Positions 55,759 to 64,000 of a stretch of 64,000 nucleotides of DNA are shown one piece after another (the stretch's first letter is position 1; each line of letters starts with the position of its first letter). The translations under genes were made by a program, and so were the position numbers. The notes below the pieces were generated by a model. That model did not search any database. It was not told where the DNA came from and worked only from the letters and a program-made list of their open reading frames with translations. Source of the DNA: a virus. Lineage: Duplodnaviria > Heunggongvirae > Uroviricota > Caudoviricetes. The stretch is taken from positions 1 to 64,000 of the IMG/VR virus record IMGVR_UViG_2636416131_000001. One strand, written 5' to 3'.

Positions 55759-56436
55759 ATGAATAACATGACAACGAAAGAGCTTTTGACGGCACTTCCA
55801 AAATACAAAAGCCATAAAACAGTTCGCGCCTCAAAAATCAAAGATATCGAAATTATCGCCCTAATGGATGTGGTCCTTTTTTGCAACATCGAAGTCGTTG
55901 AGCCAGAAGGGGTAAAAGTCCATGTTGATAAAATATTTTTGCAAAAACACCGACCAGAAATTGGCGGATATCTGGTCGCTTATGAGGACGGATCTCTGTC
56001 CTATTCACCAGAAAAAACATTTGAAGAAGGCTTTAGTCGGACTAACGACTTCTTCGAAAATGGGGTATCGCTCAGCATTGAAGGTCACAATGGGGTGACA
56101 TTCATTACAGCCAGGGACGTAACTATTTCTGCTGGCGGTATCGCTACTCTACAAGAAGAAATCGACCTTGAAGCAGCCGACTTTTCTGACGCGCTGATGT
56201 GGCTGAAGGATGGCAAGAAAGTTGCTCGACGCGGGTGGAACGGCGAAAACCAATTCTGCTGGCTGGTTCCTGAAGGACAGTACCCGGCACGAATGGAAGC
56301 CATTAAGGGATATTTCCCCGGCGACCTCGTTCCGTATGGTGCTTATTTCGCCTTAAAAAATGCACAAGGTGTAGTTGTTCCGTGGGTTCCTTCTGTAGGC
56401 GACTTACTGGCATGTGACTGGTTTGTAGTGGAGTGA
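55759..56436 (+). CDS. hypothetical protein
   Basis: ATG with AGAGGAAAG SD; 225 aa; the track's upstream GTG extension is rejected. Confidence 0.45.
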   Translation: MNNMTTKELLTALPKYKSHKTVRASKIKDIEIIALMDVVLFCNIEVVEPEGVKVHVDKIFLQKHRPEIGGYLVAYEDGSLSYSPEKTFEEGFSRTNDFFENGVSLSIEGHNGVTFITARDVTISAGGIATLQEEIDLEAADFSDALMWLKDGKKVARRGWNGENQFCWLVPEGQYPARMEAIKGYFPGDLVPYGAYFALKNAQGVVVPWVPSVGDLLACDWFVVE

Positions 56437-56442
56437 TTTAAC

Positions 56443-57225
56443 GTGGAAAATACTAAAGCAATTCAATACCGCCTGCGTAATGGCCAGAGTGTCGAAGTGA
56501 CCATCAATAATGATGGAGTACCTGGCGAAAAGGTTTCTATCTCTGATCTGGCTATCGAAAAAACCATCATGTGCCACCTTGGCTTTACTGAAGAAGTGAG
56601 CAAAAAGCATGGTGTAGCAATCTGGAGCGCAATGGATACTGGTATGCGCAAATTCATTACTGCTCGTACCCCAGGGATGACCATGATGGACCTCATGCAG
56701 ATTGCGCCGCTGTTTGAATGTGAGCCTTTAGATGTATTCAGCAATCCAGCTATCTGCCAGCAGTTATATGGTGAGATGAAACTCGCGGTTACCCCCATTG
56801 TGCTGCATGAAGGATCGCTTGCTGGCGTGTGGAAAGTGGAGCGTATTTCAAGCTACATGCCTTTCCATGTCAACGGCGTAATCACTGGTGAAAATCAACC
56901 TGTTTCCGTTATAAAGTCAGACCTCAAGCGCGCAATTCTTGAAGCAAGTTGTCGAGTTGTCGGCCTGGGCAAACAGTCTTATGTTTCCTTCCCGGCTGGC
57001 CCTGAAGGCCCGGCAGAAATTCTGATTATGGATGCCGATCTGCTCTGGCAAATACAGTTTCTGATTGGCAAAAGCATCATCCGCGCTGAAGAACTCGATC
57101 AGTACATTACCTGCACGATGACGGATGAAGTCAAAAGTGTGGCTATAGCCAATGCCCGGAACCTATGTCGTGCTGCATTAACAGAACTGCAAGAAAACAC
57201 CACGGAAGAAGTGGAAAGCGATTAA
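56443..57225 (+). CDS. hypothetical protein
   Basis: GTG start 7 nt after the previous stop; 260 aa. Confidence 0.45.
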   Translation: MENTKAIQYRLRNGQSVEVTINNDGVPGEKVSISDLAIEKTIMCHLGFTEEVSKKHGVAIWSAMDTGMRKFITARTPGMTMMDLMQIAPLFECEPLDVFSNPAICQQLYGEMKLAVTPIVLHEGSLAGVWKVERISSYMPFHVNGVITGENQPVSVIKSDLKRAILEASCRVVGLGKQSYVSFPAGPEGPAEILIMDADLLWQIQFLIGKSIIRAEELDQYITCTMTDEVKSVAIANARNLCRAALTELQENTTEEVESD

Positions 57226-57231
57226 AAAAAA

Positions 57232-57255
57232 TCCCGCCGATTGGCGGGATTTCTT
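57232..57255. terminator. bidirectional rho-independent terminator
   Basis: A8 run, TCCCGCC-GATT-GGCGGGA hairpin, TTTCTT. Confidence 0.65.
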
Positions 57256-57566
57256 CAATATACGATCTGGTCTACATGATCACCAAAATCATCGTCGTCG
57301 TCGTCCTCATCGCCACCATCTACTGCTGGCCAATCAACAAACCAGCCAGCGTAAAGATGCAGCGTTCGGAGAACATCACTTGCGGGAGCATCAAGGGTGT
57401 TAACGAATCCCATATAGCTATTGGGATTTGCCCCAGCTATGGCTTCAGCGATCATGTCCTCGGTAATGTCACCGGAGATAATGCTTAAACGCCCGGAAAC
57501 TTCTTCATTATCATCAAATTCGATAATGGCATCTCCGCCTAATGGCGCTGCGATTTTAATCTGCAT
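57255..57566 (-). CDS. acidic hypothetical protein, last gene of the darA operon
   Basis: 103 aa with DGGDEDDDDDDFGD tail; overlaps the ddrB stop. Confidence 0.4.
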   Translation of the reverse strand: MQIKIAAPLGGDAIIEFDDNEEVSGRLSIISGDITEDMIAEAIAGANPNSYMGFVNTLDAPASDVLRTLHLYAGWFVDWPAVDGGDEDDDDDDFGDHVDQIVY

Positions 57567-60543
57567 TATTTAGCTCCTTTGCCACACCTAATAACAGTTC
57601 CAGCAATCCGTCACCATTCATCAGTGATGCGGCAGCGGCCTCTTTGTCATGATACAACTGAAGAGCCATAGAGAATACTTCCGTTGCTGACGTTTTGGAA
57701 ATAGTCGGTGATTTCTGCCGAATTTTCCCGGTGTTACTTACTGAGGCTGGCGGGTATACCTTCGCCATATAAATATTACTCAATCGAGATCTGAAGCACC
57801 ATTCAGGCTTGCCACGCCCACCGATATTAACGAAAGATGGCTTATCCCCTTCAACATTGGCCTTCAGGAATGACCGGGCTTTCTCTAACAAACCAGGGTT
57901 ACTGTACTCAAGATGATGACCCAGCTCGTGCCACAGTGCACTTGCATTTTCATCGTTCAAATTGACAGCAACAACACCATTAATATTTGCATATGCCCTT
58001 CCCTGGTGGTGAACCACCTTTGATAAGGTCGAAATTTTACCGCCGGTCAGGCGATAAATATCAGCAAGTTCCTTGCGCAGGTCTATCCCACCATTCTGTC
58101 CAGCGCGGGCTTCTTCCACTTCTTCCGTGATAAAAGAGTCGGCCCACTCAAGAGCTTTTTCTTCAGATACGGATGAGTTGGCGATCGCACTGTTCATGGC
58201 AGATAACACTTTCTCGTGGACCGAACCCATACTTTGCTGATTCATTTGCCAGCGTGTCTGCGGGTTATATGAGAATCGCTTAAGTAGTTGGTCAAGATGC
58301 TCAAGTTCTTCTTCGCTGACATACTTTTTAGCCTCACCAATAATGCCGGGGAGAATATTGCCGTTAGGATTAAACGCTCGCGAAAGGAAGAGTTTCAGCG
58401 CCCCCATGCCCTCCGATGCTTCAATATCACCAATAACACGGTTAACAATGGCCGCACTCTTCGGATTAGCATCCGCCAACGCTCTGGCTACGATTTGCAG
58501 GGACGATACGACCTCACGCTGCATATCAGTCCTGATCTCATCAATAAACTCTGGCGTTATGCCGTGCTCTTTAAGGATATCCCTGCCTTCCGCCGTTACC
58601 CCATCGATATCACCGACATGTTTATTAACCTGACTTTGCAATGCCTTAAATGCCCTCAGAATTCCACGGGCATCATCAGCTTTACTAACGGCCTTCCTGA
58701 ATGCTGGCAAGAAGTCAGAGTTAACCTCATTTTGTTGATCGGCCCACTGAATGGAGGCTTCTTTCATCTCGTCCAGAGTCAAATCACCCAACGCGGTATG
58801 GTCTGTGAATATGAGCGACAACCTCTGAACCATTTCTGCCAATGGTGATGCCGAATGCGCCGCGCTAAGGAATGCTTTCACCCTGGTTGGGCGAATGGAA
58901 AACCAGTCAATAGCTGGTGGCATATCTCCGTTTTTTATCGCCTGCGCTATCTCGTCAAAGCCATCGCGCCCAAGGGAGGATGCGTGATTTAACAAGCCGC
59001 GAAGTAACGAATTGCTGATACCGAATAATCGGCACCATTTTTTCACGTCGGCAACAGGCATTCGAACAAAATGCGCAAGCACTTGTACAAGCTGTTCATC
59101 CTGGGGATCTGTACGGGAAAGCAGCCTGATCAGATGAATAATGTCTTTGATGCCGGATGCCCGATGTAATAGCAAACTGGTATATGGAGCAACACCATTG
59201 TAACTACCGCCGGAAACGGACTCGAAAAGACCGCCGGATATCCCTTGCATGCCTTCGTTTTCCAGTTCCTGAGACACCTGGCGAAGGATATCCTGTAACG
59301 ACACATCACCACCGCCAAACATATCCCCCAGCGCCTGGCCCTGGTGCTGTAACTCATCATTGATACGTTGAGCCATCAACTTAAAGGCGGAGGCCATACG
59401 CTTCGCGCTACGGTTATTCGCGACGATGAACAACGCGAGTGCTTTCACTTCCGGGGCCGTTTCGCTGAACATATCCCCCTGAGCAATAACATCGGTAATA
59501 TGCTGGCCTGACTCCTTCGATTGCCTTACCAGGTCTACCGCATCTTTCAATGCCGCCAGCGCCTTTTTATCGAGGCTATCCGCTGTCTCAATGCCATCAA
59601 CAATAGTTGTCACAGCCTGCTTGTGCGCTTCTCCTGATAAAGCCTGCATCTGGACAAAATCATTGGCTGCCGCATTAAGCGCCGTCAGAACATTACGCAT
59701 GTCCGGATCAGGTTCTTCTGCAACCATCCTTACCAGGCGCGCATCCTTATATGCCTTGGCAAAGATCGCGTTTTGTATACGGTCTACAAGTTGCCGTGTT
59801 GGTCGCCCATCTTCAGTTACAAGGCCAGCCGCCTGTGTGGCACCAACTTGCGTCATAAATCCGCGAATAAACGCGTCATTACTGCGGCTAAGCAGATCTC
59901 CGCTTTCTGACGGGTTAAAAAGCGCCATCATCGCCGGTGTTATGCTGTCGGCATCAACAAAAGCCTTTTCACTGGCTGCCATTTCCTGAAGATCAGAAAT
60001 ATTTGAGTCCTTGGCAAACTGAACGCGGTCAACCTTGGTTAACCGGCGGCGCACCAGTACCGGAGCCGTCATTGATTCAACCTTTTCAGGTCGTATGCCG
60101 AATTCGGTCGCATGATCAATCAGGTACTCACGATACCGATCCGCATTGCCGTCCTGATAGGCTTTGATGATCCCCATGGTCCGTCCATTACCTGACTCAA
60201 CGGCATTGTCCTCACCAATTATCGGCGCACCATGGCTGGATAAACCGGAATCAGTAAGCTGAGCAGGCCGCAAATCTTTGGATATCTGGTTAACCTGAAG
60301 AAGGCTGGATGCGCGGGTCCGGTCGCGCGGCTGAAGTTCCTGGGGATAGTCAGGATTAATTTTCCCATCCAGAGTATTGGATACCAAAAGAGCTGAGGCA
60401 TCGACGATATCAAACGCTGTTTTTACCTCGTCTCCCTTCGCTGTCACCACATACGAAACCCGCCCATAACCGGGCAGGTTCTTTAGCAGCTCGATCAGCG
60501 TTTCTATGCTGGTGGCCATTACCACCTGATCGCTTAAGCTCAT
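57556..60543 (-). CDS. ddrB: DdrB-like large virion-associated protein
   Basis: 995 aa downstream of ddrA in the lydA-lydB-hdf-darA-ddrA-ddrB order. Confidence 0.65.
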   Translation of the reverse strand: MSLSDQVVMATSIETLIELLKNLPGYGRVSYVVTAKGDEVKTAFDIVDASALLVSNTLDGKINPDYPQELQPRDRTRASSLLQVNQISKDLRPAQLTDSGLSSHGAPIIGEDNAVESGNGRTMGIIKAYQDGNADRYREYLIDHATEFGIRPEKVESMTAPVLVRRRLTKVDRVQFAKDSNISDLQEMAASEKAFVDADSITPAMMALFNPSESGDLLSRSNDAFIRGFMTQVGATQAAGLVTEDGRPTRQLVDRIQNAIFAKAYKDARLVRMVAEEPDPDMRNVLTALNAAANDFVQMQALSGEAHKQAVTTIVDGIETADSLDKKALAALKDAVDLVRQSKESGQHITDVIAQGDMFSETAPEVKALALFIVANNRSAKRMASAFKLMAQRINDELQHQGQALGDMFGGGDVSLQDILRQVSQELENEGMQGISGGLFESVSGGSYNGVAPYTSLLLHRASGIKDIIHLIRLLSRTDPQDEQLVQVLAHFVRMPVADVKKWCRLFGISNSLLRGLLNHASSLGRDGFDEIAQAIKNGDMPPAIDWFSIRPTRVKAFLSAAHSASPLAEMVQRLSLIFTDHTALGDLTLDEMKEASIQWADQQNEVNSDFLPAFRKAVSKADDARGILRAFKALQSQVNKHVGDIDGVTAEGRDILKEHGITPEFIDEIRTDMQREVVSSLQIVARALADANPKSAAIVNRVIGDIEASEGMGALKLFLSRAFNPNGNILPGIIGEAKKYVSEEELEHLDQLLKRFSYNPQTRWQMNQQSMGSVHEKVLSAMNSAIANSSVSEEKALEWADSFITEEVEEARAGQNGGIDLRKELADIYRLTGGKISTLSKVVHHQGRAYANINGVVAVNLNDENASALWHELGHHLEYSNPGLLEKARSFLKANVEGDKPSFVNIGGRGKPEWCFRSRLSNIYMAKVYPPASVSNTGKIRQKSPTISKTSATEVFSMALQLYHDKEAAAASLMNGDGLLELLLGVAKELNNAD

Positions 60544-60555
60544 CCCTGTTACGCC

Positions 60556-60921
60556 TTATGCTGCCTCTTTAATGTTGGCGGCTATCCATGCCGCCGTGTG
60601 CTGTTTAACCTGGTCCAGGTCGATGTATGTGCCAACATATTGACTCAAATCCTGCAAGGTACCGATAAATGCATCGGTGCTCTGATCGACGAATTTATCA
60701 GCCAGGAAATCAGCAACCAGTTTTGGCACACCATCATGTACCGAAGGTTGTTTTTCCTCGCCACTACTGCCGCCGGACACACCGTACCCCATCTGTTGCA
60801 TGATCTGGTCAATTTCATCGCTGATATCCAGCAACTCCATGCCACTCGCGGTAGCCGCTTTGGACATCAAAGCATCCAACTTATCGCTGAGATCCATTAA
60901 CTCAATAGCTGATAGTGTCAT
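60556..60921 (-). CDS. ddrA: DdrA-like protein
   Basis: 121 aa; ATGA overlap with the darA stop. Confidence 0.55.
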   Translation of the reverse strand: MTLSAIELMDLSDKLDALMSKAATASGMELLDISDEIDQIMQQMGYGVSGGSSGEEKQPSVHDGVPKLVADFLADKFVDQSTDAFIGTLQDLSQYVGTYIDLDQVKQHTAAWIAANIKEAA

Positions 60922-62837
60922 GCCGCTACCCCCGCTTTCTGGATTGCTACCAGCAGATCAGCCAAGTGGCGAGCAGCGCCATTAACCAGCTCTTCGTTTT
61001 CCTCAAAACGCCCGGCAGCCTGAAGGGCTGCAATCGCTTCCCGGACATTACCCCGGGCGTTACGGATCTCCGCCATGTCAGTGCTTTGCATATCCATCAC
61101 GTTATTGAGATATTCAATGGCTTTATTAGCCTCTGCATCTGCTTCGCTAACCGTTTCATCAGGCTGTGCCGGGGCAGGTTCTGGCTGAGTAATCTCACCG
61201 ACTTCGGCCTGCAATGCATTGATCATGCTCTGCACCATTTTCTCGGTGCCAGCGCCCCCCGGAAACGCAATATTGGGGAAAGTTTTTTGAAACTGAGTTT
61301 TCAGCATTACGCGGAACTCGTCTGGTGAGCTGGTGGCCAGCTCCAGAGCTTTTTGTGCATATTTGCCAAACGGACCATTAGTAAGTGTCTTCGCCAAGAA
61401 GTCGAAAGAATCCTCGCGAGGCAATAACTTCAGGTCGTACTCACTCATTTGCTGATCAGAAAGCGGGGTATCGTAAGTAGCAATGCCGTAGCGTGCATAT
61501 TCATAATACGGGTCACCTTCATCAGGGCGCGGCAGAATTGCTTTGTTACCTTCAGGTATTGCGCCAGGGGCCGCCGGACGCATTTGCAGGGCATATCGAT
61601 ATGCACCTACAGAGATTTCTGGTTCAGGCGAAGAGCTACCGGTATCCTCCGCTGGTTCAGGTTCGACGTTTTCCGGTTTATGTTCTTCTGGTTGGACCAG
61701 GTATTCCGATACATTACCCGCTTTATAGGCTTTAAACAGCTTGCCGATCGCATCTGCCATGTCCACACCCTGTATGGATTTAGCCTTGATCATGTACACG
61801 CTGCCATCCGAATCGGTTAACTGGATATACCCTTCACCGTCCTCAATGAATTGCTTCATTGATGCACCATTACTGAGCGTCACTTCCCCGTTCATATGCA
61901 TACGATTTTTGATACTTGCAAGGCGATCCGTCATCGCGCGAGAGTGTCCACCAGTCATCCCCGCAGGAGCAATGGTTTCGCGCCCACCAGTTCGATTGAG
62001 CTGATCAATCTCCGTCTGCAAACGCTCATTCTCTTCATAAAGAGAATCCGCTTCCGATGCAACAGCGTTAATTTTCTGCTCCAGATCTACCTTCTGCCCT
62101 TCTACCGCTGCCACCTGATCCGCGAGGTCGCTCATGGCATCCTCTTTCTGGTCACTGTCAGCCTGTAGTTGGGTTATTTCATCAACCAGGGCTTTTTTCT
62201 TCTTCTGCGCACGCTGGAATTTTGCCGAGTTTTTCTCTGCAAGGTTGGCAAGTTTCATGGTGACCTGCGCCAGCGTCATATCACGTCCACTCATCGGAGC
62301 AACGGTATGAGTAACGTCTTTTTTATTCAGTAAGAACTGGAAAGCAATCAGCGTATCGCTATTGGTGATCCGGTTTTCCGCTGTCGGGCTATGAAACAGA
62401 ATGCTGATAGTCTGACCATCACTGAGCGGAATAATGGCTGGCAGGACCGGCAGCCCGTTAACGTTACGTGCCCGGCCAATTTCAGCCCCGCCGATCGCGC
62501 GTGCACCGTTCTGGGCCACATCCCCCGTTTTATCACTCCCCGCAGAGATTCCGGTACCATTCAGCTTCTGGTTCAATGCCCGGACAAATGCCTGCATGGT
62601 CCGGTGTAGCTGCAAACGAGTAGAACTAATCGCCTCCAGTAAATCCGTAGCACACCAGTGGATCGGCGTGTCATAGAAGAACGTAGCCTCGATTTCCTCC
62701 AGGGTGTTGGATTCCGTCATCAGATAGCGGTCCTCACCGGCCATTAATGCGCGATATTCATCATCAGTCACTGGCGGGGGAAGCACGTCAAGCCCAGGTT
62801 TGATCGTCACCCCTTTATTGATATTGAACTGTTCCAT
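60918..62837 (-). CDS. darA: DarA antirestriction/capsid morphogenesis protein
   Basis: 639 aa (the P1 DarA length as I recall); central coiled-coil; position after hdf. Confidence 0.75.
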   Translation of the reverse strand: MEQFNINKGVTIKPGLDVLPPPVTDDEYRALMAGEDRYLMTESNTLEEIEATFFYDTPIHWCATDLLEAISSTRLQLHRTMQAFVRALNQKLNGTGISAGSDKTGDVAQNGARAIGGAEIGRARNVNGLPVLPAIIPLSDGQTISILFHSPTAENRITNSDTLIAFQFLLNKKDVTHTVAPMSGRDMTLAQVTMKLANLAEKNSAKFQRAQKKKKALVDEITQLQADSDQKEDAMSDLADQVAAVEGQKVDLEQKINAVASEADSLYEENERLQTEIDQLNRTGGRETIAPAGMTGGHSRAMTDRLASIKNRMHMNGEVTLSNGASMKQFIEDGEGYIQLTDSDGSVYMIKAKSIQGVDMADAIGKLFKAYKAGNVSEYLVQPEEHKPENVEPEPAEDTGSSSPEPEISVGAYRYALQMRPAAPGAIPEGNKAILPRPDEGDPYYEYARYGIATYDTPLSDQQMSEYDLKLLPREDSFDFLAKTLTNGPFGKYAQKALELATSSPDEFRVMLKTQFQKTFPNIAFPGGAGTEKMVQSMINALQAEVGEITQPEPAPAQPDETVSEADAEANKAIEYLNNVMDMQSTDMAEIRNARGNVREAIAALQAAGRFEENEELVNGAARHLADLLVAIQKAGVAA

Positions 62838-62838
62838 G

Positions 62839-63450
62839 TTAATTTCCTGCTTTCAGTTGCTTAAGACGGCGTTTGAGTTCGCCATTTCGGGCCTTTTCGT
62901 TATTGAGTCGGCCTGTCTCCTTATCCAGCTTCGCCCGCAAATCAGTGATCTGCTGTTGATTGAAAGACACCGAGTTCTGCGCTGATTTATAAGCGGCAAC
63001 CACCTGAGCATTCCGCTGTTTTGCCTCTTGCAGGCGCTGAAAGTTGGATTTTACTGCCGGTTTCTTGTCTACCGGATTGGCAACACGTTTCGCTTTGGCG
63101 ATCAGTGATTTCTGGAATTTTGCGGAGTTTTTGCGGGCCGCTTGCCCCATGACGGTACCAAGCGTCTTGATATCCGGCGACTGAGCGTTAGGAATAGCTT
63201 TTCCATTCAGCCTCACAGACGATATATCGCCAGTATCGTTTACCTGTATGGCAAGAATTTGTCCGTCGTTAAGAACCAGCTTTGCGGTTTTAACTTTAAC
63301 GCCATCTTTCGTTGTTGCGCGGTTGCTGGAGTCAACCTCAATTACCGTAACACCGGTTTTATTGATCGCCGCGATAAGGGATTTCAGCCCCTTTTCATTA
63401 ACCTGGTCAAAATCGACCGTTGCATACTTATTTTTCGTCATCTGACACAT
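62839..63450 (-). CDS. hdf: Hdf, homolog of a DarA fragment
   Basis: 203 aa with coiled-coil C-terminus resembling the DarA mid-region. Confidence 0.6.
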   Translation of the reverse strand: MCQMTKNKYATVDFDQVNEKGLKSLIAAINKTGVTVIEVDSSNRATTKDGVKVKTAKLVLNDGQILAIQVNDTGDISSVRLNGKAIPNAQSPDIKTLGTVMGQAARKNSAKFQKSLIAKAKRVANPVDKKPAVKSNFQRLQEAKQRNAQVVAAYKSAQNSVSFNQQQITDLRAKLDKETGRLNNEKARNGELKRRLKQLKAGN

Positions 63451-63871
63451 CCTGTGCGAGATTTATTACGTAACTTCTGCGGATTTGCTGAGTAACAGGG
63501 AAAATGCGATACAACGGGTTAATGAACGAGTCGCCATGCGTAACCATGACGTTGAAATGCCACAGTCGCTCTCCTTTACCCATATATTCAGTGGGTATGT
63601 ACAACCATTCACTGTTTTCGCCCTGTTCAGCCGACGTCAGACAACGTTGTTCACCTTCAATCACTGTCGTCGGCTTCTGAACATCGCGGATCCAATATCT
63701 GACCGTTGCGCCGCGCAAAAACGGGAATTTAGACCGGTACTTGAACGGCACCCGGATGAAACCCGGTTTAATTTCCACATCACCAAGTTCTAAATGCGTG
63801 ATGTCCTTGCGTTTTAGCAAATAGCGATCGGCTAAGGCTAACGCAAGAACGCATACACCCCAGCCAATCAT
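63428..63871 (-). CDS. lydB: LydB antiholin-like lysis regulator
   Basis: 147 aa, start in an ATGA overlap with the upstream holin-like ORF. Confidence 0.6.
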   Translation of the reverse strand: MIGWGVCVLALALADRYLLKRKDITHLELGDVEIKPGFIRVPFKYRSKFPFLRGATVRYWIRDVQKPTTVIEGEQRCLTSAEQGENSEWLYIPTEYMGKGERLWHFNVMVTHGDSFINPLYRIFPVTQQIRRSYVINLAQDVSDDEK

Positions 63872-64000
63872 TTCCCGCCTCCCTTTTTCACCAAACTTGT
63901 AAGAACATTCAGAATGCTATCGATATTCACTCGTTTCATCCCTGAAATCACCTCATGACCGTTATTGCTGGCTATCGTTACCATTAAGTACGTAATTGAT
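63868..64000 (-). CDS. lydA: LydA holin-like protein, N-terminal part outside window
   Basis: Open frame from the window edge ending ...SLVKKGGGK-TGA overlapping the lydB ATG. Confidence 0.45.
   Translation of the reverse strand, partial: SITYLMVTIASNNGHEVISGMKRVNIDSILNVLTSLVKKGGGK

Overview
This window is about 64 kb of a P1-family temperate phage-plasmid. The assignment rests on an exact 34-bp loxP site next to Cre, plus C1/Coi, Phd/Doc, PacA/PacB with the P1-type pac site, Ban, Ssb, a SAR endolysin, the DarB and DarA operons, three tRNAs and many 17-bp C1 operator boxes. Gene names come from my recollection of P1 and from motifs read in the translations; no database search or computation was run, and start codons are approximate. 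Four things stand out against the P1 backbone. (1) A 341-codon LAGLIDADG-type intein splits the catalytic PCQ motif of the C5-methyltransferase domain of the bifunctional methylase Dmt; this is the most interesting candidate. (2) An EcoR124-like type IC restriction-modification operon (hsdM-hsdS-hsdR, with a TAEL x2 repeat in hsdS) sits between pap and hot. (3) A RelA/SpoT-domain protein resembling the fused toxin-antitoxin CapRel sits where P1 carries res/mod. (4) An icd-like/antirepressor module with a structured leader sits between pacB and c1. A family of related hairpin elements is interspersed with the tRNA genes. No CRISPR array, rRNA, IS element or transposase was seen.
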